The notes under the pieces were generated by a model that did not search any database, was not told the origin of the DNA, and saw only the letters and a program-made list of their open reading frames with translations. A stretch of DNA of 47,865 nt from Paraglomus brasilianum (Eukaryota): assembly GCA_910592345.1 (NCBI GenBank), contig CAJVPI010000158.1, positions 1 to 47,865 of the forward strand. The letters run 5' to 3'. Positions 23,634-35,900 of this stretch are shown here, in pieces (position 1 is the stretch's first letter; each line of letters starts with the position of its first letter). Position numbers and translations under genes: made by a program.

Positions 23634-24374
23634 TTAATAACCAGTCGATGGTGGCCGGTCAAGTGTACGTCCAGTTCGTTGGCCGTCATATGCAGGATCA
23701 TCATTATCATCATCGCAATCATCGCCATGACTGCTTCCAAGGCGGTATGCGTTTCGATACGGCCGCCCTCGTAGACCTCTCGCCTCACCCTCCATCGGAA
23801 CCAGTCCTTCCATTTCCGGTCTTTCATGCTCTTCCTGCAGTTTATCTTCCTCCTCCTCCTTCTTTTTCTGCTCTCGATGTTCTCTTCTTTGATTTGCAAG
23901 AATGCTCCTCCTTCTCCTATTATCCCAGTCCTCCTCGACTTCTCTCTTGACTCTCTCTTCATATGCTTTGGCTTCAATTTTCTCTTTCTGCATCATTCGA
24001 TCTGCCGTCTCTCTTCTCGCCTCGGCCTTTTGATGAAACTCATTTAATAAACTTTGTGCAATCTTCAGCTTGTTTGTATCCATTCGATCATTCTCGAGAG
24101 TGAACGACTCTTTGAACGAGACCACTTTTTTTTTAAATCCAAGTGCAAAAAGAAAATCAAGCCCACCGTCGACTTCACAGACATCCCTCCTTAACCTGGC
24201 ATTTTCTGAGGGTAAGGAACGATATTTCGGAACGTCCGGATTTGAGAGGATGTTGTCAACTACTTTTTGGAGTATTTTCACACAGTTGGAAGCAACGATG
24301 GGATCTTTGTTGTGAGTGATTTTTTTCAAAAGTATATCGTGAAATTTTTTGTGAATTAAGTCTGAAGATGTCAT
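23634..24374 (-). CDS. PUB-domain protein (p97/Cdc48 adaptor-like) with charged coiled-coil tail
   Basis: ILQKVVDNILSNPDVPKYRSL...N...GGLDFLFALGF is a PUB signature; single-exon 246-aa ORF. Confidence 0.82.
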   Translation of the reverse strand: MTSSDLIHKKFHDILLKKITHNKDPIVASNCVKILQKVVDNILSNPDVPKYRSLPSENARLRRDVCEVDGGLDFLFALGFKKKVVSFKESFTLENDRMDTNKLKIAQSLLNEFHQKAEARRETADRMMQKEKIEAKAYEERVKREVEEDWDNRRRRSILANQRREHREQKKKEEEEDKLQEEHERPEMEGLVPMEGEARGLRGRPYRNAYRLGSSHGDDCDDDNDDPAYDGQRTGRTLDRPPSTGY

Positions 24375-27300
24375 TTTTGCAAAAGATGATCATGATTCAC
24401 ATTGTTTATCCTGTTTGATCAGTGTGTCACAGTCGTATGGCTGAAACTTCTTTATATAGTATTGTTTTTGTATTTACCAGAAATACTTCGATGGGATGGA
24501 ATGCGTGACCACTTATTTCTGGTAACACGTATTAACGTGTGACTAATAAAGAAAAACAACCCTCAAACCAGATGGGAAGTAATGTGAATTATCTATCATA
24601 TGCGGAGAAGCGCAATAGGAAGAGTGCAAATGGATACAAAAATTTTAGTAATCGCATGCGGCACTTACTGTACTTTTGTATTCACTAGAAAAATTACCCA
24701 AGTGTATATACAGAAATAAGCACATACTTAAATACGTTTTTGTGGTTACTCATTATCATACTATTTAGTAAGACAGTCTCTTTTGAATTATAATTGCAAG
24801 AAAAAATTGGGTAAAAAAAGTTGAATAGAATACCATCCAGAGAACGTGTACTAAATCCTTTGGCGGTTGGATTGCTTATAAATAATATAATTTTATACAA
24901 CCCAAGCTCACGCTGAATCAAGCAAAAGTTTAAAGAGCCAGAACAGGCGTTGTTATTCTTTACATAATAAATAACACACTAGTTTTATAAATTGCTGTAT
25001 AGCATTTTGCAAGGGCCTTAATCTTGATCATCACATTGTGTTTAAACCATATTCGAAACTTCAAGGTAGGCGTTTTAAATCTATTTATATCTGTTGGCTA
25101 TATTTATTAGACTATTTGAGTAGTTTTCTAATTCTATCCTGGAGATGGAACGAACGATGTAGGATGTTCTTTTATTTAGATCTGAAATTAGTTTGGAGTT
25201 TGCTGAAGAAGCTGCTTAAAACTTGCAAAATCACATCTTCAGTCGATCGATATAACAAGTCATTTCCCCATCCAAAAACAAACTTAACAATTGTCACGAC
25301 TGATGCTGAAATCCATGTGATCTTTTTTATTGCTTAATTACTGCAGGGGATAACAAACAACGTCCGCAGCGCCGCTGAAGAAGAGAATGATAATATTAGT
25401 GACACAAATTTGTATTAAACATAACACGAACGATGGGAATACTCTTCACAGTGCAATGTAACAATTACACTGGTCAATAGAAAAATATAGTTGCAAATGC
25501 AGCATAATGCTTGGCTTATTGTTACATTTGTCAGTTATATTTATGATAACCTTACATAAGATTATTAATTCAGAAGTAAAATGTTTATTTTATATGGCCT
25601 TAAAATACTTACTCAACCAAACGCATTATTACGTTTATTATTTGCTTGGAAATTACGCGTTATCTACATAGTAAAATTGCGTGTTTTTTTTTCTCAATGT
25701 CTGGTCTGAAGTAATGTTGGTTTTAAAAAATGAATATAATCTATCCTAACAACTCCATCGCTTCTCCAACTTTTATTTCCAAAGTCAGTATGTGTCAATG
25801 TTGTTAAAGGCACGCTGATGATGTTGGTTGTGGTCTCGTTAAGGTAGCATAATTAAACTAATAAGAATTGTTAATTGGTTTTTTGACCGTAAGACTATGT
25901 TGCGAATGTATGATATCAGGCCAAGTATATCGTTGCTAATGTTTTTATGTAGAGGTAATCGCTCACTATAAGTAATTGTTCACAGTAAAACGAGTATATT
26001 TTATCGTCATCATCTGAAATCTCCCTTTGTTGTAACAAATATTTATTACTCAATGAAGGTGCAGTTTGTTTGGTTTTTTTTTGGAAAATGAGACTAACCT
26101 CGTAGTATTATTATTATTATTGAGTATCACTCCATGGATAATGACGAAATTATATTATGTATATCATATTAAAATCACAATCATAGGGAAACATGACATC
26201 CGCTCACCGCCTTTTGGACATTTATATTTTTTATGCATCGCCAAAGCGTTTATTATTTCTTGAATTTCTTTCTCAGAAAAGTTTGTCATTCAAATAATTT
26301 GAATAAAATGATAAATAAAAATTTAACGAGTTAATTCGTTATCCTCAACTACGAGTTTATTTTACATCGTCTTTCTTGACTTATGATCAGGTATGGTATG
26401 CCTCATGTTGTCATGGTATATTTTTACTGTATCTATTGTCCGCCTTACCTATTAAAAAAAGTCAAATTTCAACTAGTCAAATCGGACATTTCGATAAGAC
26501 TTCACTGTGTAACATGTTGGACCAAAGCGGATCAAATATTTAAAGTTTTTATGTTCGATGATACAAAAATTTTTTTGATTAAAATAAAAATTACCGGTTT
26601 TGGCATAAACACGAAGAAATCAGAATATCTCAAATTATTGAATACACTCTTCCTCAATGCAAACGAAATGAGTTTTTCATATTGACGGCTCGTCGTTTGC
26701 AGTGCCAATTCTATTACGCACAGTAATTGTATGGGTCACCCTTCAGATTCATTGTATTATAACCGATTACCAAGATCTACTGTATGTTTGTTTACTGAGT
26801 TAAAACGTTTTGCTTTCAACGATATGGTCATTGGTATCACTTATTAAAGACTAGTATGTTATTCAATATCATACCTTGTAATTGTAACTAATCAGTGCAG
26901 CGTCACTATCTTTATTCTTGAATACGTGACAACAGCACTATATAGGGGAATATAACATGCTTTCAGTTATATAAGTCCTTAATCCCTCCAATTATGAATA
27001 GAGCCTTTACCAACAAGAACACAGTCGGGACAGCTAAAATTATGTTTTATCATAGAGATGTTCTCTTATAGAGTTTATTCATTCACTAATAAGTCAGATC
27101 CCACGATATAATGCTCTTTATGAGATGATGTTTTTATAGAGATTCGACTGTATATCCAAAAATGTTATAGACCTTAAATCTCGGTTATATACACTATATA
27201 ACACAAAGCCATACTTTTTGAGATATAATGACTTTCATAATAACAAACGATATCAGTTTAAAATGCACTATTCTTCTACACAAGATATTTACTAAATTAT

Positions 27301-28715
27301 CTGACATTTTATCGTCATTTGAAAGACAACTGTGCAACTGCTTCATTATACTTAATCCGCAAATAACCATTAAACCGCAAGGCACTTGCTTATTAGTTAC
27401 AGTTGTCTTTGCATTTTTCGCATACTGTATACACGTCCCTCTACTTTCTCTAACCTACACAGTAAGCGTAAACAATCTCGATTCTACCGTAATGCACGTG
27501 CTTGACATCGAGCCAAAAAAACAAAACGGACACAAAGCTAGCGGATTGTTGCTTAACTTTACCAACAAAACCATTCGCGCTCGTGTGGAACACAACTACT
27601 TACATATGTTTATTTATCTGTAAATCTTAAGACTACCACACCATCTAACCGCTTTGTTGCATAATTTATCCAACAGGTGCTTACCTTATTTCAATGTAAT
27701 GTTTCATCACATACAGATGTTACGTCTTCAATCTCCAACAAACTTCCGTGGGCACGTACTTGGAGTTTTGCGTTCTTTTATTGTCTACACCTACGATTGA
27801 ACGCTAAAGGTGTACCTGGGCACGTACTTGGCTGAGAGCAACTTTGGTACAACTTAATACAGCAATTTTTACTGTTCGGACGTCTCAATACCGTCGCCCT
27901 TTCGGAAAAAGCCGTTTACATAAATCACTAGCAAGTCACCCTCACAGTGTAGCGTCAAAAAACGTCCACTGATAAGAAGATGCCTCACGTCAAGTAGAAG
28001 CAAACTCTACAAAGTAAACTCACCCACGAAACAAAAACAACCGACAACCCGAGAATTGCGCTCTTCGAATACAAGGGTTTGGCCATCAACGACTTTAAAT
28101 ATCACTATCAAGTATAACATTTAGTTACACAAATAATGAAGTATATTTTGTTACCTCAAATAGAAATTAATTAATCATGTTATTCTCACGCTAACAAACA
28201 GAGTTTCACGCTATGGTACCCTAGTTTATTGTCCTTACCATATTTGATAATATAAATTTTCAATTACCAAGATAGTCAAGGGTGATGGACTTAGTGAAGG
28301 CAATGATACAATCTCTATTTGCAATAAAAATTCATGTTGCTGCTATTTACCCCAACCAATGCCTTATTTGGCAATGGCTAATGAGCACTATCCCAAACAT
28401 TTCCAATTTCCAAATCTGTTAGGAGCGATGAGCTAGTGAGAGCGACCTATTACTATCGCTATGTGGTAACATACTTCCGAAAAAAATTTTCGCTGTGTAA
28501 CATGTCGCAAAGCTCCTTCAAATAATATTATTGTACCACGCAAATAAGTCTTTTGTGCAATATGATTGGATAGTTTTATATCGAACGAAAACAGTTGGAG
28601 AAATAGAAACAACGTTATCAAGTATCGCTATTGCTGAAGAGAGCACTAGAAGATATTGTTGAGAAATTTCCAGACCAATAATTATATACGTACAATTTTG
28701 CAGTGGGATATTAAT

Positions 28716-31700
28716 ATGGACTATCAGTATTCGGGGCTAGCAGACACTTTGGTATGTTCGATTGTACCTAGGCATGTTCGTTTCGTTGTACTTATCACTT
28801 ATACGAATGCCCTTTATTAATATCTAAATAAATGATTATTATATTAATTTCGTTAGGAAATTGAACAACCTTCATCCTCAAATACCAAAAACAAAGGGAA
28901 AGAGAAGCAGCTTGAAAATGCAGAGACTAACTATGGAGCTGAGGGAAATCTCATTGTCTTTGAAAGTGACAGCAACAATAGCAATAGTGATTATGAACAA
29001 ATGTTTACCATAAACATGAGCAAGGATGAATTAGATAAACAATTGACTACATCCTTAGAATCAATTGTCAACAGCAATGACAGAATCAGTCATCTGATTA
29101 AATTATCCAATCTGTTGCTATCATCTGGTACCAAGTTAGCAAATAATCAATTGAGAAATGTTTTGAGAACAATCGGAACTAACATTGCATATGAGGATTA
29201 TGATGTGACCACTGGTATTGAATTTGAACTGCATCTTAGAACATATGTATTAGCATTGGAAATTTATTGCAGGCAACCTCATAAGATGAGAAAGGAGTTC
29301 CATGGAGTTTTGTATGAAAATCTTGCAAAATTACATGAGGTTCATCAATCTTACATCAGAGCCCTAGAAAATGGCTTAAACCCTACATGTAGCTTATTTG
29401 CTAATTTGCAAGGAAGTGCTAAAGTTCAAAATTACAACAGTGATTTTTTACTCCTGCATCTTTATGATACTCTTCATATAATGGATGATGATAAAAGTGT
29501 TTGGCTTGAAATTTTAAACCAACTCAAGACTTTGCTTGCTACATTAGTTGAGGCTTTGCCTGGTATGACTGGTATTATGTCAACTGCAGAGGCCCCAATT
29601 GATAATAAAGCTACTATAGGAATTTATAACAATATCCACAAGACCTTACAATCAAAGTTTTCTGTGGGACATTGGTACAAGGATTGGAGATATTTATATT
29701 GCATTTATCAAGCATTTGTTGAATGGTCAGCTGCTCCAATTCATAAGAAACTAGTTGTCAAAGGAGAATTGATGCTTATAAAGGATCTATGGAGGTTTGG
29801 AGACCAAGAATGGAATAAAGCAGTTTCAGCAAAATCAGAAATAGATGGATATAACAATAAATTTAAAATAAAGGGCATGCTAAATTATGTCCCAGAATCA
29901 AATCCATATTCTTTATTGTTTGGTATATTGGAAATTGCTCAAAATCTTATAAACTCTACAAAAAATATTAGTACCTTAGCTCATTGTTACTATATTGCAA
30001 AACTATCTCTGGACATAGTACAAACAGAATTTATTCAGTTTAAAGCAATTGAAATTCTAATTACTCTCTATAAAAAAGATTCAACTATGTTTTCTGTTGT
30101 ACAAATTGACCTAGATCAGCATGCTGAAGGTTTTTCTACCTTGGACCAAGGTAAACAATTTAAAGACATGAGAGAATACATTGATAAAAAATATACATAC
30201 ATTAACCAGGCAAACAGCAGAACAAGTATTGAAACATCAGTCTCAAGACAGAAAACAAAGCTTTCAGACAAGAGACCTGAAGAACTTTTTGATTCAAGCC
30301 CAAATGATTTATTAATCTTAGATGTGATTGCAGATCATCTTACATGTCCATTTACACAAGAAGTTACAGAAGATTTTAGAATGCTTCCATGTGGACACAA
30401 AATCAGTTATATGGCATTAGAAACGTTCATGAGGATGAACTATCTTGAACTTAAATGCTTTTATTGTAGAAGGAAATTTCAATTGGAAGATACTGACAAA
30501 ATACCAAGCTCACCAATTTACAAATCATTGTATGAAAAATTTGTCAAAGCTGGACATATTGCACCAAGAGCTCAATTAAAAGAATTTATACAACATGACA
30601 CAAGAGATTTTACAGCCATTGTGAAGAGTCAGAATGATGATGATAATGATGATGTTGAGAAATCTTTTATTATAAAATCAAAATTTTTACACTTGCTTAC
30701 AATGAAACCAAAGAAAACAATTTTACAAACAATAAGGAGACCAAAAAGGCTACATCCTGCATACAAGCAAGGTAAGAAAGCTCTGGATGAAAAAAGATTT
30801 AATGATGCAATATTATGGCTAGAAAGAGCACTTTTACATTATCCCAACAGTGCAACCATTCAAATTGATCTGGCTGTTGCATACATGGAAAATATAGACT
30901 ATAAAAAATGTTATGATTATATAACTCAAGCTATCAAAAATAGCCCTAACAATGCTAGAGCATGGGCATGGCGTGGAAAGTATCATGTGCAGCAATCAGA
31001 GTACAGACAAGCTCTTAAGGATCTTAAACAGTCATTGAGGATTAATGCAAGTGAAGCACTTGCATTAAAAACCAGAGGACATGTCTATTACATGCTCTAT
31101 CAGTATGATTTGGCATTGAATGATTTTAATCAATTATTAGAAATTGAACCAAATAATACAATTGCATTAAGAACAAGGGGGAAAATTAACTCTACACTTG
31201 ATGAGTTTAACAATGCACTAAGAGATTTTAATAAATTACTGGAGATAGAACCAAATGATACAGACATACTGCTTGCAAGGGGCATTGTCCATCTTAATCT
31301 TTGTCAATACAAGAATGCACTGAGAGACCTTAATACATTATTGCAAATTAAACAAATAACTACAATGGTACATCATCTAAGAGGATTAGTTTATCTCATG
31401 CTTGAGCAGTATGATTATGCATTGGTTGATCTTGATAAATCATTGGAGATTGATCTAAGTAATTTTAATATTAACCAGTATGAAAATGCATTGAGTAAGT
31501 TGAATAAACTTTTAAATACTGAACCAGATAACACATGTGCATTAAGAGTAACAGGAAAGATCTATTATGCACTCAGACAATATGACAATGCATTAGCTTA
31601 TTTTAGTAAGTTATTAGAAGTTCAACCACAGGGAAATGTAGATACACTGAATATACGAGCAGCTGTCTATCTTGATCTTTGTCAGTACAATGAAGCACTG

Positions 31701-32978
31701 GATGACATTAGTAAGTCATTAAACATCAATCCAGATGAAACTCTTTACAAACAGTTAGAATATTTGTTTAATCAATTAAAAGCACCTACTCACACGAGTC
31801 AAAATCAATGTTTATCATTGAGCTTCAGTCAATATATGATTAGAAATACTGAAGCAATGGTTTTAGCAAAAATTTTAAAATTGAATCTCCCTTTGCTTTC
31901 TCTGGATCTTTCAAATAATCGAATTGGAGACACAGGAGTAACAGCTCTGGCAAAGGCTCTAGAATCAAATTCCTCCCTGATTTCTTTAAATCTTGGTAGT
32001 AATAAGATTGGAGAAACAGGAGCTACAGCTTTGGGAAAGGCTCTAGAATCAAATTCATCTCTGGCTTCTTTGGACCTTGGTAGTAATATGATTGGAGAAA
32101 CAGAAGCTACAGCTTTGGGAAAGGCTCTAGAATCAAATTCATCTCTGGCTTCTTTGAATCTTAATTATAATCAAATTGGAGATACAGGAGCAACATCTTT
32201 GGCAAAAGCTCTAGAATTAAATTCATCTCTGGCTTCTTTAAAGCTTGGTTATAATCAAATTGGAGATACAGGAGCAACATCTTTGGCAAAGACTCTAGAA
32301 TCAAATTCTGTCCTAACCTCTTTAAATCTATATGGAAATCGGATTGGAGCTACAGGAGCAACAGCTTTGGCAAAGACTCTAGAATCAAACTCCTCCCTGA
32401 CTTCTGTAAATCTATATGGAAATTGGATTGGAGATACAGGAGCAACAGCTTTGGCAAAAACTCTAGAATCAAATTCCTCCCTGACTTTTTTGAATCTTGG
32501 CAGTAATATTATTAGAGATATAGGAGCAATAGCTTTGGCAAAGGCTCTAGAATCAAATTCCTTCCTGATTTCTTTAAATCTTGGTAGAAATATGATTGAA
32601 GATACAGGAGCAACAGCTTTGGCAAAGACTCTAGAATCAAACTCCTCCCTGACTTCTTTGAATCTTGAGTATAATCAAATTGGATATACAGGAGCAACAG
32701 CTTTGGCAAAAACTCTAGAATCAAATTCCTCCCTGACTTCTTTGAATCTTAGCAATAATAAGATTGGAGATACAGGAGCAATAGCATTGGCAAAGGCTCT
32801 GGAAACAAATTCTTCCCTGACTTCTTTGAATCTTGACAGTAATAAGATTGGAGATACAAGAGTAGCAGCTTTGGCAAAAACTCTAGAATATAGAATCAAA
32901 TTTCTCCCTGGTGCGCCGAAATCTGTGTGTTATATTTCACGTTTGCATAGTGAATTAAGATCCTTATATTCCTTATAA
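28716..32978 (+). CDS. Multidomain protein: unknown helical N-terminal domain, degenerate RING/U-box, ~9 TPR, 12 LRR (~1385 aa)
   Basis: Exon 28716-28751 (MDYQYSGLADTL, GTATGT donor) joins in phase 0 to exon 28857-32978; a further upstream exon is possible. CPFT...PCGHKIS...CFYC at 30345-30467, TPRs at about 30755-31740, 84-nt LRRs at 31893-32910. Confidence 0.88.
31893..32910 (+). repeat. High-identity 84-nt coding tandem repeat (12 LRR units)
   Basis: ATTGGAGATACAGGAGCAACAGCTTTGGCAAAG(G/A)CTCTAGAATCAAA(T/C)TCCTCCCTGA recurs nearly verbatim every 84 nt. Confidence 0.93.
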
Positions 32979-34069
32979 TTTATATCTTATTGTTAATAAA
33001 CGAGTATCGCATTTACTTGAACATATACTTTTGACCCTATTCTTTAAATTAGTTGATATACAGTATCTGAGAAACCGTTTGTCCCGCAATTATCTGAGTG
33101 GCGAAATAGGATATTTAATCGTTAGTTTTCGAACGCGTTCAATCTAAGTGATAAACCATTGTACTCCAAACGGGAGATTACACTCGAGAACGATTCTATA
33201 TCTAGGATAAACGTCATTCTACGGTAAAAAAGCCCGTAAGTAAAAGCCTTGCGATTACAAGGTCACTAACTGTACAATCAGATATTTAACTTGAATAGGA
33301 GGCGCCACGCTCCGTCGAGACTAGTTAAATCCCAAGTGTCGATTACTTTCTGCTCTCCCGCAGTAGTCGGCACGACATAAGGAAGTCGAAAAAAAATAAT
33401 AAACGAATTATTAATCGATGTAAGTTCCGAGGAGGTCGTCGTCAATTTGAGTTCTTTGATGGGATTTATATGGTGATGGGATTTATATACGACATATCGA
33501 TATTTAATACATTCCTCTGGAATCCATATTGATTTACTAGAATTAAATTTGAGGTAAATGTATAAAACGAAACTCAAAACGAATTCAACACAAAATTTTT
33601 TTAAATCTTATTGGACGCTTCCATAGACAGTCTCTGTCGTCAGCAACTTTACAAAAAAGAGAAAAATTATACCAGAATAACTTCCGTATTCTTTGAATGA
33701 GTATACGTATTTATTGTGATTGTAGTATACGAAAGTTATGTGTAGATATTAGTTATGATATTTTCCCACTTCTTATATTAATCGCGCTGCTAAATTTAAA
33801 ATACTAATATTTTACGCGCTTTTGTGTTGTGACGAATATGCATTGAACGCTTACGACACAAGTCGATGCAGTCGTTAATCGAATTTTGATTGTAGAGCGT
33901 GGAGATTATAAAGTGAAAACACAATGAAATTAAAACGGGGAAGATCTACTATGCAATTGATGAGTACAGCTTTGTTAGGAATAATAGTACGACCTCCCTG
34001 ACAAACTGTGCGACAGTTATCGGAGAGTGCATCCGTTTGTCCGCATTCTGTTTTTCTTAACAATCCAAA

Positions 34070-35276
34070 ATGTCCAACGATTCATACAAACAATGGCTAG
34101 AAACAAGCATTCGGGAAGGTTCAATTTATTGCTGTCCAGAAAGTGACATAAAACTAGACCCCCACTATATCGGCAAAGGAACATTTGGAGTGGTATTCAA
34201 GGCAACGGTGAAACAGAAAAACAGTATAATTGCCAAGGCAATCAGGAGTAAAAAACAGAACATTCTGTCCGGTATGACTGTTGCGGTGAAGACATTCTTT
34301 GATAAACATAACGGTTGTAAGGAGGAAGATTTGTACCGAAGTTTTGTCAAAGAGGTTTGTTATCTCAACCATATTATTGTCAAAGGCCACCCGCATTCAT
34401 AGTTGTGATAGAGACTGATTTTTGATATGAATTGTACGTTAGCTAAAACACCACCAGCAGGTGAACGATCATCCCAACATTATTCGTTTTCTAGGTCTAT
34501 ACAAAGGTATGTTAATACATGGTTATCTGATAAACTAATATATTTACGAGAAGGTTGGCAACAACCACACTGGGATATTTATTCACGGTTTATTGATGAA
34601 ACAGACAGGTTAGATAAATATCATATGATATTCGAACTAGCTGAAGGTGGAACTTTGTACAACCACCTGAGAGGACACTTCAATGATTTAACCTGGGAAG
34701 ATAAATATGCCTTAGGCTTGGGAATTACTAATGGCTTGAAATATCTGCATGAGCTTAAGATTATTCACAAGGATTTGGTACTTATCAAATGTTGGCTGTA
34801 TTTTTGGTTGATGATTGTTAAAGTTATTTACATATCAAAAATCTTTGTTAATTTAGACGTCCTCCAATATTCTTATCCAATCGGGTGTCGCAAAGATAAC
34901 TGATTTCGGTTTGTCGACGGTACTGAAAAGAATCATGTCCTCATCACGTGGTGGAACTCCAGCATATAGGGATCCAGTATGTTTCAAAGACTTGAAATAC
35001 AAGCGTCGAAAGGAATCCGACATCTTTAGCCTTGGGGTGATACTGTGGGAAATTTCTAGTGGAAAAAACCCATGTGAAGGACGTACTGAAAGTACTACAA
35101 TAATTTTATATAGAAGGGATGGTTTTCGAGATCCTCCAGTTTCTGGAACACCTGAAGAATATGTTAAATTGTATTCAGAATGTTGGGATGAAGACCCAAA
35201 TAACCGGCCCGCCTGCGAACAGGTTTATGAGAGATTAATGAATTGTAGTAAGAATAATGCAAATACGGTGATGTGA
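34070..35276 (+). CDS. Catalytically intact TKL-type protein kinase, kinase domain only (~313 aa, 4 exons)
   Basis: Exons 34070-34354, 34443-34506, 34605-34777, 34857-35276. IGKGTFGVV, VAVK, FVKEL, HKDLTSSNILI, KITDFGLS, GGTPAYRDP, SDIFSLGVILWEISSG, CW..P..RP. Confidence 0.93.
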
Positions 35277-35409
35277 TATTGCCCATCCATAAACAACGAT
35301 TCGATCAAATAAACGAAAACCTCATATACAAAATATGGCAGTAGTTTCCTTATTTAGTTTTTGTGACAGTAATTTCTATCATGTGTAAGTCACAGGTGTG
35401 CATTAATGA

Positions 35410-35431
35410 CATTTATGGAGAATTTACTGTA
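35410..35431. mobile_element. Solo TIR remnant related to the 15011-15720 element
   Basis: CATTTATGGAGAATTTACTGTA resembles the right end CATTTATGGAGAGTTGACTGTA at 15701-15722. No partner TIR found nearby. Confidence 0.45.
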
Positions 35432-35900
35432 GGGTGACTAAAGCCTTTATCTCCTTGTAGATGACAACAATAATAGTGATGTCGATATCGTCGGAGGCAA
35501 ACGAAACGGGTTATATTTTGTATTGTTACGCACAACATAATTAATCTATTTATATTTATCATCTATAGGATAACAACCAGCAATTGCTGTTGTAGCCTTT
35601 TCAAATACATTCACTTTAATACGGTCACCACTCATTTCTTTCCATTGTATCCCACACTCGGATATAGCTCAGCTTTGGAAGTGGCCGGTTATAAAACCTA
35701 CGAAGAGTAGCTGGCAATTCTCGAAAAGGGCAAATTTCCAAACATAGTCATTGCAACCTGCAATTTGAATGGAAAGATCTGCTTTTTAAGGTCTCTTCTA
35801 GTTATAAGTTATATTATTAATAATAATTGACACAATTTACATACCAATAATAAACATCTACTCATTTTTTTAGCTTATTTTCTCTCGAATCGATATCCAA

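Noticed and set aside
24694..28621. Short ORFs of 60-131 aa in the AT-rich interval
   Set aside because: No recognisable motifs or consistent exon structure; probably intergenic or decayed repeat sequence.
31893..32910. 84-nt periodic repeat read as a CRISPR-like array
   Set aside because: It is in-frame LRR coding sequence in a eukaryotic gene, with no unique spacers and no cas genes.
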